From positions 4,896,001-4,960,000 of the forward strand of contig OZ240248.1 of assembly GCA_965198235.1 (NCBI GenBank): a stretch of DNA of 64,000 nt, in the 5' to 3' direction. Below the pieces are notes generated by a model. That model was not told the DNA's origin, made no database searches, and saw nothing but the letters and a program-made list of their open reading frames with translations. Below are positions 28,515 to 39,308 of this stretch, in pieces. The position numbers and the translations under genes were made by a program. The DNA is from Candidatus Poribacteria bacterium (lineage in GTDB: Bacteria; Poribacteria; WGA-4E; WGA-3G). Position 1 is the first letter of the stretch, and every line of letters starts with the position of its first letter.

Positions 28515-29732
28515 ATTCAAAAACGTTTCGATCGTGTAGTCTTTCACCCGTTTTGCGTTGGCAAATGTGATGAGTTCACCAAACAAACCGGAGCAGAATA
28601 CTAAAATTCCACCGGTGATAAAAATAGCACTCGGGTTCGATGATCCAACGTTCAAAATTTTCAGCAAAAGAGAGTTGACAGGCGCGATTGAGAGGATCCC
28701 ACCGAATATGAACAAAGCCACGCCGATGGGTCCTAAAAATCGAATAGGTCTCCGTTTACATTGAATGATAAAAAAACGTGCGAGTGTACCTAATGTGGAT
28801 GACTCTTTTTTGGCGTGTTGAATTTTGTTCTCAGTTATCCACCCAAGTGTCAGTAGGGCTATTGCTAAGCCGAAGCAACTCAATGCTACAACATTAGCAG
28901 TCCGGAATAAAACACGTCCTAACACGAAGAAAGGGAGGCTTAGGAGCGCAGCAGTGCGAAATGCCCTCTGCTTCGGACGGAAAAAAACATCTGACAACTG
29001 TTGCAGCAGTGACGGTTTTTGTGGAGTAGGACGCGATGCAAAGACGGAGATGATAAACTTGAAGGCGATAATGTCCAGCATCACGCGCCATATTCTACCG
29101 AGCCCGTACTTGCTTTTTCCGAAACGCCGTGGATGATGCGTGACAACAATTTCAGCGATACGCGCACCTGCGACTGTAGACATCGCAGGGATGAATCGAT
29201 GCATCTCTCCATAGAGCGGGACCTGTTTGATAACCGATGCTCGGTACACTTTGAGTGAACACCCATTGTCATGGATAGGGACCCCCGTTACCTTGCCAAT
29301 TATCCAGTTCGCAACGATGGACGGGACACGCCGCGTCAAAAATTTATCCTGTCGTTCTTTCCGCCATCCACACACCAAATCGTAGCCTTCGTCCAATTTT
29401 TGGAGCAGTTTCGGAATATCGGCTGGATCGTTTTGCAAATCACCGTCCATACTAATGATCCGCTGCCCTTGCGCGAATTCAAATCCTGCTGCCATCGCTG
29501 CTGTCTGCCCCGCATTCTTTTGGAATCGGATAACTCCCAATTGCGGTTTCTGTTTGCTCAGTTCCGAAAGTACCGCGAAGGTCTTATCGTGGCTTCCATC
29601 GTCCACGAACAACACCTCATAAGCGTCGCCGATTGTCTCACATATCGCTTGGATTTTATCGAACAACAAGCGGACGTTTTCTTCTTCGTTGTAAACGGGG
29701 ACCACGATGGATAGAATCGGTTTTTCGTCCAT
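28509..29732 (-). CDS. Glycosyltransferase family 2 (ArnC/DPM synthase-like) with C-terminal TM helices
   Basis: SIVVPVYNEEEN, VDDGS, MDGDLQNDP, GEMHRFIP; start MDEKP preferred. Confidence 0.92.
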   Translation of the reverse strand: MDEKPILSIVVPVYNEEENVRLLFDKIQAICETIGDAYEVLFVDDGSHDKTFAVLSELSKQKPQLGVIRFQKNAGQTAAMAAGFEFAQGQRIISMDGDLQNDPADIPKLLQKLDEGYDLVCGWRKERQDKFLTRRVPSIVANWIIGKVTGVPIHDNGCSLKVYRASVIKQVPLYGEMHRFIPAMSTVAGARIAEIVVTHHPRRFGKSKYGLGRIWRVMLDIIAFKFIISVFASRPTPQKPSLLQQLSDVFFRPKQRAFRTAALLSLPFFVLGRVLFRTANVVALSCFGLAIALLTLGWITENKIQHAKKESSTLGTLARFFIIQCKRRPIRFLGPIGVALFIFGGILSIAPVNSLLLKILNVGSSNPSAIFITGGILVFCSGLFGELITFANAKRVKDYTIETFLNF

Positions 29733-29877
29733 TGCCTTTTTTAAATTACGGGCCTCCACACATCACTCCACTCCGTTTCGTGGTGGCTTTTGGTAAGTCT
29801 CAACAGAGATAAAAATCTGTGAGGTTAGATGTCCTTCGTTACCTCATGCGTTGCGCGGGATATGCTACTTCGGTGCT

Positions 29878-30603
29878 TTACTGCCAATCCGAGGAATTCA
29901 GCAAGATCTGATGCGCTTCGGTGAGCGAGTCGAAGGTGCCTGCGTCAGTCCATTTTCCCTGTAAAAGACTGTATTCAAGTTCCCCGCGCTGAATATAGGC
30001 GTTGTTAACAGCGGTTATCTCGTATTCCCCGCGTGCTGACGGTTCAACTGTGCGGATGATGCCGAACACCGACGCATCGTAGAAATAGGCACCTACCACC
30101 GCGTAATCACTTTTCGGGGACTTCGGTTTCTCTTCTATTGCAACGATATGCCTCCCGTTCAACGTCGCTACACCGTAGCGCTCTGGATCGGACACCCGTT
30201 TGAGCAGGACCCGAGCCCCCTGCTGTTGTGCGTGGAAGTCATTAACGGCTTGCTGAATCGAGGTTTCAAAGATGTTGTCACCTAACAAAACGACGATTCT
30301 ACCGCCGCTGGCGAACCCTTCTGCCAGGGCAAGGGCATGCGCGATGCCTTTGGCTTCCTCTTGCACCCGATAGGTGAATTCACACCCGAAATCTCTTCCA
30401 CCCCCCAAGACGTTCACGAAGTCCCCAACGTGTTGAGGATTCGTCACGATAAGGATATCAGTGATTCCCGCTGTCGTGAGCTGCTTGACGCTATGAAACA
30501 CCATCGGCTCGTTGCCTACGGGTAGAAGGTGCTTACTGGTGACTTTAGTGAGTGGATGCAAACGGATACCGAGTCCGCCTGCGAGGATTACGCCTTTGAG
30601 CAT
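29878..30603 (-). CDS. Glucose-1-phosphate thymidylyltransferase-like NTP transferase (RmlA/SpsI type)
   Basis: GVILAGG.G.RLHPLT, LGDN, EEKP, SARGEYEIT, WTDAGT. Confidence 0.9.
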   Translation of the reverse strand: MLKGVILAGGLGIRLHPLTKVTSKHLLPVGNEPMVFHSVKQLTTAGITDILIVTNPQHVGDFVNVLGGGRDFGCEFTYRVQEEAKGIAHALALAEGFASGGRIVVLLGDNIFETSIQQAVNDFHAQQQGARVLLKRVSDPERYGVATLNGRHIVAIEEKPKSPKSDYAVVGAYFYDASVFGIIRTVEPSARGEYEITAVNNAYIQRGELEYSLLQGKWTDAGTFDSLTEAHQILLNSSDWQ

Positions 30604-30691
30604 GGTTTTTTAACTATGGGCCTCCGTTCTCCATTTCATTTCGAGCAGGTTTCTGGTTAATTCGCGATTAGGACTAAGGGCTCGTACGTTT

Positions 30692-31594
30692 TTAATTCTT
30701 TGTACCTCGTCCGGGGAAGGTAAGTTCAGCAACACCGGACTTATCCAGATCACCCAACCCGAGTTCAATCATACGATCGTACTGTGCCTTCGTTGCCTGC
30801 GCGAGTGGGAGAGAAATACCAGCATCGTTTGCCAAGTCGAGCGCGATGCCTGAATCTTTAGATGCATGAGCAGATGAGAAATAACACTCATGATCGCGTG
30901 CCTCCATGTCTTCTCCATCGGTTTCCAAGACGCGGGAGTTTGCCCCTGTTTGTGCGAAGACCTCCTGCAACATTGCCAGATCCAATCCAAGTGCTGCTCC
31001 TAAGCCGAGCCCTTCAGCGAGACCTGCCGTATTGATATTCATCACCATGTTGACGAGTGCCTTCACCTGTGCTGCCTGACCGGCTTCACCGACGTAACGG
31101 AGCGAAATGCTCATTGAATCCAGAATGGCGCGTGCCTTGTCAAATGTTTCCTTTTTGCCGCCACACATGAGGTAGAGTGTGCCTTCCCGTGCTTGTGTGA
31201 TACTACTTGCCATACACCCTTCAAGACTCTCAGCCCCATGCTTCGCCGCGAGTTGCTCGATATCCACGTGGACTTGGGGGCTAATCGTTGCGCAGTTAAT
31301 AAAGACTTTGCCGGATGCGCCTTGAAGCAGGCTATCGTCAGCATCTTCGGAGAAGATTTGTCGCATCGCCGCGTCGTCCGTAACCACAGTAATGATATAG
31401 TCTGCGAGTGATGTAACTTTCGCGAGTTCTCTGGCTGCTGTTGCACCGATTTCTGCTGCGAGTTCTTGTGCACGTTCGCTTGCGACATCGTACACAGCAA
31501 CGACATCAAACCCTTCGTCATTGAGATGTCGGGCGATGTTCGCGCCCATTCTGCCTACCCCTACGACACCAATTTTATAATCAGAATTCGCCAT
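30692..31594 (-). CDS. NAD(P)-dependent oxidoreductase, 3-hydroxyisobutyrate dehydrogenase family
   Basis: GVVGVGRMG Rossmann motif; catalytic KALVN; AGGAGG RBS. Confidence 0.9.
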   Translation of the reverse strand: MANSDYKIGVVGVGRMGANIARHLNDEGFDVVAVYDVASERAQELAAEIGATAARELAKVTSLADYIITVVTDDAAMRQIFSEDADDSLLQGASGKVFINCATISPQVHVDIEQLAAKHGAESLEGCMASSITQAREGTLYLMCGGKKETFDKARAILDSMSISLRYVGEAGQAAQVKALVNMVMNINTAGLAEGLGLGAALGLDLAMLQEVFAQTGANSRVLETDGEDMEARDHECYFSSAHASKDSGIALDLANDAGISLPLAQATKAQYDRMIELGLGDLDKSGVAELTFPGRGTKN

Positions 31595-31821
31595 GTTTCC
31601 TCCTTGTTACATTTGACTTTCACATGGAAAAATTTATGTTGAACAAGTGATCCCGACGGCGGGATGTTAACCATTTTGTGCAAACGCAATTCTTACATAT
31701 TTGCAGATGTTTGTCAAGTTTTTCCTGTTTGTGTTGTCTCTTCCTGTAGATGTAATCTTCGGATTTAGCACAAATCTTGGCAAGAATCAAACTGATTGGA
31801 ATTTAAAAATTTAAAAAAGAA

Positions 31822-31849
31822 TTGACATTTTTTGCAAATTTAGTATAAT
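31822..31849 (+). promoter_or_regulatory. sigma70 promoter
   Basis: TTGACA-16 nt-TATAAT upstream of the TPR lipoprotein gene. Confidence 0.7.
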
Positions 31850-31938
31850 GTTCAGAACGATGAACAGAAGTCGGTTGGTTATGCTTTTCTGAGTAAAAAT
31901 ATACCGGCACATTTCTATTTTCCTAAGGAGGACTCACA

Positions 31939-33339
31939 ATGAACCGTTTCACATACGGCTTCGGTCTCCGAATAGGCCGAGCCCATCTTCTCATCCTTGC
32001 CTTTGCTTTTCTCACAGTGACAATTAGCGGGTGCGGGCCAGGCGGCATTAACATTATTCCCCTCGGTGCTAAACTCCAGAACGCAGACACTGCGTTTGAC
32101 GAGGCGGAAACCATAGAGGTGCAAGATGATGACCCGGAAAGGATGGAAAAGAAGCGCCAGAGGCGGCAGGAACTTTACGATAGAGCGATAGCACTCTATT
32201 CAGAGGTCATTGAACGCGATACGAAAGGGAAATGGGCACAGCGTGCACATTACCAGATCGCCAAAGTCTATAAGCGCCGCTATGATTGGGATAAAGCGGT
32301 TGAGCATTATCAAACTATTGTTGCGTTAGATCCCACCGGATATTACGCAAGCGAAGCAAAAAGAGGTACGGCGAATATTCGAAAGAACCGCGAGGTCATT
32401 AAGGCAAAGCGGGCTGAATACCAAAACTATAAAGCGATTTACGATGATTCGCCAACAGATGAGACCTTTAATATCGCTGCAGAGGCACTCTACGAGGTCG
32501 CTCGTGCTTATGAAAGCTTAGAGAATTATAACGAATCCATCCGCAATTACGGGCGAATGGTCGAAGAGTTTCCTGAGCATCCGAAAGCTTCGCAGGCGCA
32601 ATTCCAGATTGGTAGCGTCTATTTTTACACCCTTTTCGACTATCGAGGTGGCTGGCCCGCTTTTGTCGGAGTTACCGAGAAGTTTCCAGATTCTTACGAA
32701 GCTTCGCAGGCTGGAACACTTCTGAAGCAGACGAATGAAATCCTGGTAGAGATTAGTTTTCTAATAGATGAAATTGATAAGTTCCGCAACAAGAAAGCAG
32801 TCGAATACCGAAAGACTGGACGGAAAATTACGCCTGCTGATATGTGGGTAATGGGATATAGCGACCAGGTCGTTCAGAATTTCCAGCAGATTGCGGGTAA
32901 CTGGGAGAAGCTTCGCAACTTCCCCCGTGCTATTAACGCCTACAAGACGTTGGCGAGAGACCTGTCGCATAAAAAATTTGCCTCCGCAGATGCTCTGTAT
33001 CGTACCGGCACCCTTTATCAACAAAATGGTGAGTACGAGCGTGCGATCGAGGCATATAACAATCTGTTTACGAACGCACCAGAGTCTGTATGGCGAAACG
33101 AAGCCGTTTACCAACAAGCGGTTTGCTATCGTTCCATCCGTGAATTCGGATCTGCTTATGAAGGGTTCAAAGCCTATATGAGCATTACAAAGGGAGATAC
33201 ACCCTACCTTCGCGAAGCAGAGCAGATTGTCCGTCAGTATGAACTTGATCAGGACGAAGACGGATACAAGTTCTACGAGGAACAAGAAGCCGGAACATCC
33301 GACCAGGATGCTGACTCTCATCCCGGCATGGGCAGCTAA
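31939..33339 (+). CDS. Tetratricopeptide-repeat lipoprotein (BamD/CpoB-like TPRs) with C-terminal Ca-binding-like DxDxDG motif
   Basis: Lipobox ISGC; multiple A.Y.IA..Y.....Y..A...Y TPRs; DQDEDGY...E...GTSDQDADSHP. Confidence 0.85.
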   Translation: MNRFTYGFGLRIGRAHLLILAFAFLTVTISGCGPGGINIIPLGAKLQNADTAFDEAETIEVQDDDPERMEKKRQRRQELYDRAIALYSEVIERDTKGKWAQRAHYQIAKVYKRRYDWDKAVEHYQTIVALDPTGYYASEAKRGTANIRKNREVIKAKRAEYQNYKAIYDDSPTDETFNIAAEALYEVARAYESLENYNESIRNYGRMVEEFPEHPKASQAQFQIGSVYFYTLFDYRGGWPAFVGVTEKFPDSYEASQAGTLLKQTNEILVEISFLIDEIDKFRNKKAVEYRKTGRKITPADMWVMGYSDQVVQNFQQIAGNWEKLRNFPRAINAYKTLARDLSHKKFASADALYRTGTLYQQNGEYERAIEAYNNLFTNAPESVWRNEAVYQQAVCYRSIREFGSAYEGFKAYMSITKGDTPYLREAEQIVRQYELDQDEDGYKFYEEQEAGTSDQDADSHPGMGS

Positions 33340-33612
33340 TTCCAATTTTAGGGAAACCACCTTTCTATACCTCGGTTTCCCTATGCCGCTTTGGTAGAAG
33401 TGTGATCGGTCGTGTGCTGTAGGGCGAGGTTTTGTGCTTTTTCATCGTTCATAAATGCATGAAGATGGATGGCATGAGGACTTGCCCCTACATACACTAA
33501 CCGACATCGCGCTTTAGAGGCTTATTTAAAACCTGCCCTGCAAGTAGGAAATTATTATGTTTACTGCAATGTTTATGGAACGAGCAGGGACTGAGCAGGG
33601 GACCGTCTCGTA

Positions 33613-34434
33613 TTAGATAAACAGTTGAACTCGAGAACGTTCCTCCGGTGGTAAGTGGCTGAAAACCTTTTGTCGGATAATTTCCGGCGTATAACGACGG
33701 GAGAAGTGGATTAGGACGATATGTTCGCTCTCAACATCTGCCAAAATTGAGGGTAACATCTCAAGATGTAGATGCATTGTCCGCTTCGCACGCACCCGAT
33801 GCTCCGGTAGGATGAATGTGCATTCGCAAATCAGGACTTTGCACTGTTTGAGCAATGGATGTGCATCAAGTGGGATACTCCTCGTATCCCCTAAGTAGGC
33901 GATTAAGGGCAATTGCACCTCTGTCGTTATCTCGACCCCTGAATGTTTCAGTTCCGCGATGTCACGCCCTGGCAAATGCTGAAACTCTGGTTTTAGTTTA
34001 TTGCGCACCTCACAAATCAAATAAGAAACAGCCGGGACACTGTGATCGCTTGGCAAAATGTGTGCCACTAAATTTTGCCGAAACGGAATCACATCACCTA
34101 CCTGAACCGGTGTGATTTGATACGCCCAACTCCTGCCGGTATCCAACGCGGAGATCCTATCAAGAATGTGCATCAGTTGCTTAGACCCGCTCCAGGGGAC
34201 GTAGATGTTCCCCGGGGGTATGCCAGCAAGCCAGCGTTGACTGATGTAGATAGGTAATCCGAAGTAGTGATCGAGGTGGAAATGGGAAATGAAAACGTTG
34301 CCGATGCCGATAAAATTCATCGGACATCTGCCTAAATCGAAAACGAGATCCAGTTCTTTTACTCGAATATAAGTTGCAACGGCGGAACTCGATTTTCCCT
34401 CAAGTGTTAAATTACCACAATGCAATAGTGCCAT
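33613..34434 (-). CDS. MBL-fold hydrolase, RNase Z-like
   Basis: SHFHLDH, YLGDT, ICECTF, HLH, IHFSRRY motifs. Confidence 0.85.
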   Translation of the reverse strand: MALLHCGNLTLEGKSSSAVATYIRVKELDLVFDLGRCPMNFIGIGNVFISHFHLDHYFGLPIYISQRWLAGIPPGNIYVPWSGSKQLMHILDRISALDTGRSWAYQITPVQVGDVIPFRQNLVAHILPSDHSVPAVSYLICEVRNKLKPEFQHLPGRDIAELKHSGVEITTEVQLPLIAYLGDTRSIPLDAHPLLKQCKVLICECTFILPEHRVRAKRTMHLHLEMLPSILADVESEHIVLIHFSRRYTPEIIRQKVFSHLPPEERSRVQLFI

Positions 34435-34496
34435 ATTGAATAGTTTTGACCATCAACTCGTGCCTTTGAAAGATGTAGAAGACGAGTTGATGGTTA

Positions 34497-34645
34497 AAGT
34501 CGTCAGTTATTAGTTGTCAGAAGAATAGACATCAGTCATCAGTTATCGGTTTTCAGTGCCTTAGCGAAGTACGGGTATCGACTCATCAGTTCCTCTGTTC
34601 TTGCCAAGCACTGGCAACTGACGACTGATAACCGATAACTAACTA
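34497..34645. repeat. Inverted heptamer tandem arrays between divergent genes
   Basis: tcagtca-tcagtta-tcggttt-tcag ... ctggcaa-ctgacga-ctgataa-ccgataa. Confidence 0.7.
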
Positions 34646-34670
34646 TTCACGTCTTACGAAAGGACAAGAA

Positions 34671-35528
34671 ATGCGTATCGGAATTATTGGCGGCAGCGGT
34701 TTTTATCAGATGGAAGGCTTAACAAACATCGAAGAAATCACGGTCGAAAGCCCGTTCGGCAAACCGAGCGATGCCCTTATTCTGGGCAACCTTGATGGGA
34801 AGCCCGTTGTTTTCCTACCGCGGCACGGCGTTGGTCACCGGATCCTTCCTTCTGAGATTAATGTCCGCGCTAATATTTATGCCCTAAAATCGTTAGGCGT
34901 AGAATGGCTCATTGCTGTCAGTGCTGTCGGGAGCCTCAAACAAAAAATTGAACCCCGCCATTTCGTTGTACCGGATCAACTCTATGACCACACCAAGCAC
35001 CGGGAGTCAACCTTTTTCGGTGGTGGCATTGCCGCACACATTAGCCTTGCACACCCCTTCTGTTCAATCCTGAGCGACTTTTTATACACCGCTACCACCG
35101 ATGTCGGCGCAACCGCTCATAACGGCGGCACCTATATCTGTATGGAAGGACCAGCGTTTTCAACGCAAGCAGAATCGAACGTATATCGGACCCTCGGATT
35201 TGACATTATCGGGATGACCGCAGCACAGGAAGCCAAATTAGCACGCGAAGCAGAAATCTGCTATGCTGTCCTCGCATGCTCTACCGATTATGATTGCTGG
35301 CACCCTGAACACGACCACGTTACCACCGAGATGATTCTTGACAATGTCCATGCCAATGTGGAGGCTTCTAAAAAGATCGTAAGAAGTGCTGTTGCCAAAA
35401 TTCCAGAGGGAGAACGGAGCTGTGCCTGTTCAACCGCCCTTCAATACGCACTCGCCACCCAACCAGACAAGATACCAACGGCTAAGCGGCACGAATTAAA
35501 ACTCCTTTTGGATAAGTACTTGACGTAA
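34671..35528 (+). CDS. mtnP: S-methyl-5'-thioadenosine phosphorylase
   Basis: IGIIGGSG, FLPRHG, EGPAFST.AES, IIGMT, TDYDCW. Confidence 0.95.
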   Translation: MRIGIIGGSGFYQMEGLTNIEEITVESPFGKPSDALILGNLDGKPVVFLPRHGVGHRILPSEINVRANIYALKSLGVEWLIAVSAVGSLKQKIEPRHFVVPDQLYDHTKHRESTFFGGGIAAHISLAHPFCSILSDFLYTATTDVGATAHNGGTYICMEGPAFSTQAESNVYRTLGFDIIGMTAAQEAKLAREAEICYAVLACSTDYDCWHPEHDHVTTEMILDNVHANVEASKKIVRSAVAKIPEGERSCACSTALQYALATQPDKIPTAKRHELKLLLDKYLT

Positions 35529-36857
35529 CGTCTCAAAAATTCTGTCCGCCTCCGCTTCTGTCAGAATCAGCGGTGGTGCGATGAAAATGATATTTTCCGG
35601 TTCGTCGACAGCATGTCCAATTTTCCCGACGATAATCCCCCCTTTATCAAAGTCTCGCAATTGACCCACGATTCGGTTAGTTGTCGCTGTTTCCAGATGA
35701 GTGCCATCGGCTTGGACAAGTTCCACCGCTATCATCAGTCCTTTGCCACGGACATCACCGACAATGGGTACGTTGCGCAATGTTTCTAATTTCGAGAGCA
35801 GATACGCACCTACCTTTTCCGAATTTTCCCAGAGACGTTCCTTTTGAAGAATTTCAAGGTTCGCAATACCAGCGGCACATGCCACTGGATGTCCGCCGTA
35901 GGTGCAGACTTGAGCGAATTCCCTGTTTTCATCGGATTCGCCGAGGAATGCGTTAAAGACCGCTGTTGAGGCGACACATGCCCCGAGGGGTAGATAACCA
36001 CTCGTCAACCCCTTTGCCAGTGTAATAAGGTCAGGCTGTACGTCCCAATGCTCACACGCGAACATCTTTCCGGTGCGTCCAAAGCCGGTGATCACCTCAT
36101 CGAGAATGAGGAGCAAGCCGTAATCGTCACAGATTTGCCTCAATTTCGGGAGATATTCATCTGGCGGGACAATCACACCACCACCACCGATGATGGGCTC
36201 AGCAATGACACCAATCACGGTTTCGGGTCCCTCCGACTGGATTATCCGTTCAATTTCATCAGCGCACGCGATACTGCAAGAAGAAACGTCTAAGCCGAGT
36301 GGACATCGATAGCAGTAGGGCGGATGTGCATGGGGAAAACCCGGAACGAGTGGTTCAAAAGCCTTCCGTCTGCGTGCCTGTCCTGTCGCTGACAGTGCGC
36401 CATATGTAAACCCGTGATAACCACGATACCGACTGATGATCTTGTAGCGATTCTCGCCCGGATAGGTTTGTCTGCCGTACTGCCGTGCCATTTTGATGGC
36501 GGTCTCATTTGCCTCCGAACCGCTGTTGCAGAAATAGACATGATTCAAATCACCCGGAAGACATGCAGCGAGTTGCTCGGCTAATATCGTGGCAGGGACA
36601 TTAATCTGCGAGTGTGGATAGTAAGGCAACTGCTGTATCTGGGCATAGACTGCGTCTGCAATCTCCTGCCTTCCATAACCGACATTGACGTTCCAGAGTG
36701 CCGAGTACGCATCTAAGTACTCGCGTCCTTCTACATCTATAAGGGTTGTCCCGTGTGCCGATTCAAAAACGGCTAACGCCGTTTCTTCAAGGCGTTGATG
36801 CTGAAACAGAGGATGCCACACGTGTGCCTTATCGGTTTTTCTATAATCTATCGTCAT
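35496..36857 (-). CDS. Aminotransferase class III
   Basis: HVWHP, SGSEANE, DEVITGFGRTG, LAKGLTSGYLPLG; start MTIDYRK at 36857 with an AGGA RBS. Confidence 0.93.
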   Translation of the reverse strand: MTIDYRKTDKAHVWHPLFQHQRLEETALAVFESAHGTTLIDVEGREYLDAYSALWNVNVGYGRQEIADAVYAQIQQLPYYPHSQINVPATILAEQLAACLPGDLNHVYFCNSGSEANETAIKMARQYGRQTYPGENRYKIISRYRGYHGFTYGALSATGQARRRKAFEPLVPGFPHAHPPYCYRCPLGLDVSSCSIACADEIERIIQSEGPETVIGVIAEPIIGGGGVIVPPDEYLPKLRQICDDYGLLLILDEVITGFGRTGKMFACEHWDVQPDLITLAKGLTSGYLPLGACVASTAVFNAFLGESDENREFAQVCTYGGHPVACAAGIANLEILQKERLWENSEKVGAYLLSKLETLRNVPIVGDVRGKGLMIAVELVQADGTHLETATTNRIVGQLRDFDKGGIIVGKIGHAVDEPENIIFIAPPLILTEAEADRIFETLRQVLIQKEF

Positions 36858-37003
36858 ATTTTTTCCTATGGTCATTGGCTGTCGGCTATCAGGGCGTTCG
36901 CTACGCTCACTTTCAGCATGCTTCGCAGTGAGAATAGGGATTTGTGGCGTTTGCAATCGTTTTTACTGCCATAAACATCTCTTTACTGAAAACTCATAGC
37001 CAC

Positions 37004-38713
37004 CTACATAGATGTCGGGGCAGAGATGCCTAAAAGCGTTAGCCCGTTTTTCAACACTCTTTGCACGCTCTGTATCAGAATGAGTCGTGCGTACGTTTTT
37101 TCCATGTCTGTCGGATCAAGGACCCGGTGTTGATTATAGTACGGATGAAAAATTCCTGCGAGTTCGTGCAGGTAATGCACAATGCGATGTGCTTCCCGTG
37201 CCTCTGCGCTCAAAAGCACGGCTGATGGGAATTCGGCTAATTTCCGGATCAATTCGTGTTCCATCGGCTCTGTGAGTCGATTTAGAGAGACTGCTTCAAT
37301 AGATTTAGGTGTAATTCCCTGATCATCTCCCTGCTCGAAGATGCTACAGCACCGTGCATGGGCATATTGGATGTAGAAGACAGGGTTTTCGCTGGCATGC
37401 GTGACTGCCAATTCCATATTGAAGTCGAGATGGGTGTTGTTGGCACGCATGAGGAAGAAATAGCGAGCGACATCCACCGCAAATTGTTCGCCGACGGTCT
37501 CTGCGAGGTCATCAATGAGATCATCAAGGGTAAGAAACTGTCCTCGACGTTTTGACATATCTGACCGCTTGCCTTCTGCATCGACGAGGTTCACCCGTTG
37601 GATGATAAAGATTTCGAGCCAGTCGTCAGGTAGACCGAGCGCTTTCACAAAGTTTTTAAGGTGAGTGATGTGTCCTTGGTGATCCGGTCCGAGGAGATTG
37701 ATGACTTTAGTGAAGCCCCGGTCGAACTTATCGCGATGATAGGCGGCATCTGGCACGAAATAGGTATATTCGCCGTTGCTTTTTATGACGACGCAATCCT
37801 TGTCGTCACCAAAATCCGTCATCCGGAACCATGTTGCCCCTTCCGCTTCGTAGAGATATGTCTTCTCGCGGAACAGTTCAATAATTTCCTCCGGTTTCCC
37901 AGTCTCTCGGATCGCTTTTTCACTGGACCAGACATCGAAATCAACACCAAAACGTTCTAAAGATTTTTTTTGTTGTGCCAAGATGTGGGTAATGCCTTTG
38001 TCCCGGAAAACTGCCACCCGTTCTTCTGTCTCAAGTTGAAGATGGACATCACCTTCTGTATCAGCGATAACTTGAGCGAACTCCCGAAGATATTCTCCTT
38101 GATAGCCTCCCTCTGGAATTTCTAATCCCTCTTCACCGAGTGCTTGCCGGTAACGGACATCTATTGATTCGCCGAGGCGTTCGACCTGTCCACCGGCATC
38201 GTTGACGTAATACTCCCGGACTGCGTTGTAGCCTATGGCATTTAAGAGATTGACGAGGGTATCCCCGACTGCTGCTGCGCGCCCACTGACGATGTTAAGT
38301 GGTCCCGTAGGATTGGCACTGACAAACTCAATCTGAAGGTGTTTCCCTTCTCCTTTGTTGCAGGTTCCGTATGCTTCCTGCATCGTAGCGATTGTCTGGA
38401 GTGTGTCGTAGAGCCAATTATCGGCAAGGTGAATATTGATGAAACCAGCACCGGCAATATCAATTTGGCGGATGGTTGGATGGGCATCGAGATTGATGTG
38501 TGTGACAATTATCTCGGCTATTTTGCGGGGTGCCATCCGTGCCTGTTTCGCGAGTCCGAGGGCAATCGGAGTGGCGACATCCCCGTGTTCGGGCGTTTTG
38601 GTCGGTGAGAACGGGATCTTTGGCACTTCGGGTATAGTGAGTTCCCCGGCGGCAACAGCGGCGTGGATTGCGCTTTCTATAATATCGTAGATTTCTGCTT
38701 TAATTGTATCCAT
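37004..38713 (-). CDS. argS: Arginine--tRNA ligase
   Basis: EFVSANPTGPL, EYYVNDAG, MSKR.G, YIQYAHAR. Confidence 0.97.
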   Translation of the reverse strand: MDTIKAEIYDIIESAIHAAVAAGELTIPEVPKIPFSPTKTPEHGDVATPIALGLAKQARMAPRKIAEIIVTHINLDAHPTIRQIDIAGAGFINIHLADNWLYDTLQTIATMQEAYGTCNKGEGKHLQIEFVSANPTGPLNIVSGRAAAVGDTLVNLLNAIGYNAVREYYVNDAGGQVERLGESIDVRYRQALGEEGLEIPEGGYQGEYLREFAQVIADTEGDVHLQLETEERVAVFRDKGITHILAQQKKSLERFGVDFDVWSSEKAIRETGKPEEIIELFREKTYLYEAEGATWFRMTDFGDDKDCVVIKSNGEYTYFVPDAAYHRDKFDRGFTKVINLLGPDHQGHITHLKNFVKALGLPDDWLEIFIIQRVNLVDAEGKRSDMSKRRGQFLTLDDLIDDLAETVGEQFAVDVARYFFLMRANNTHLDFNMELAVTHASENPVFYIQYAHARCCSIFEQGDDQGITPKSIEAVSLNRLTEPMEHELIRKLAEFPSAVLLSAEAREAHRIVHYLHELAGIFHPYYNQHRVLDPTDMEKTYARLILIQSVQRVLKNGLTLLGISAPTSM

Positions 38714-39308
38714 ATAAGCAAGTTCAAATTATATATTCGTCAATTTTTGTTGTGAGATTGAGCGTTTTGCCTAACAACAGAATTATATCACAATAGGAAG
38801 TATATGTCAAACATTCCTTTGGAGGTGTTAGGCTCATTTATGGCAAATTTTAGAAAGATGTAGCCATTTCAATGTGTGCGGTCTAACAAACGCCTCTCCT
38901 CCGCTAGCGAGGTGTTTTTGATAGGGTGTTTCCCCTAGTAACCTCGCCCTTCGCTACTGTATCGGTAATTGTAAAATCTACCCTAAATAGTTGATGGTGT
39001 GTCAGGATACTTCCAATTTACCAGGGTGCGTAAAGTTTTTGGCATTAACCCTTCCGTTTCTCTTGTGGAGGGTCTAACCCGATTTACCCGTGGATTTGAC
39101 ACGAGGGCTCCCAAAAATCCGCGAAATCCGTGTCATCCGCGACAATTCGCGATTCAGACGAAAAAATAACGTATCACCCAAGGAACACCCCACAGCCCTG
39201 CTTTTTGACAAAATATTTACACATTCAATTTGCCACTTGCCTTTTAAAGATAAGGTGTTTATACTGTAAGTGGAGACCTCACGAATCCAATAGAAAGGGA
39301 GTGGAACA

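Noticed and set aside
21417-39222. Identical TTTGACAAAATATTTACA at about 21417 and 39204
   Set aside because: Only two AT-rich copies next to other repeats; cannot distinguish operator, promoter or chance
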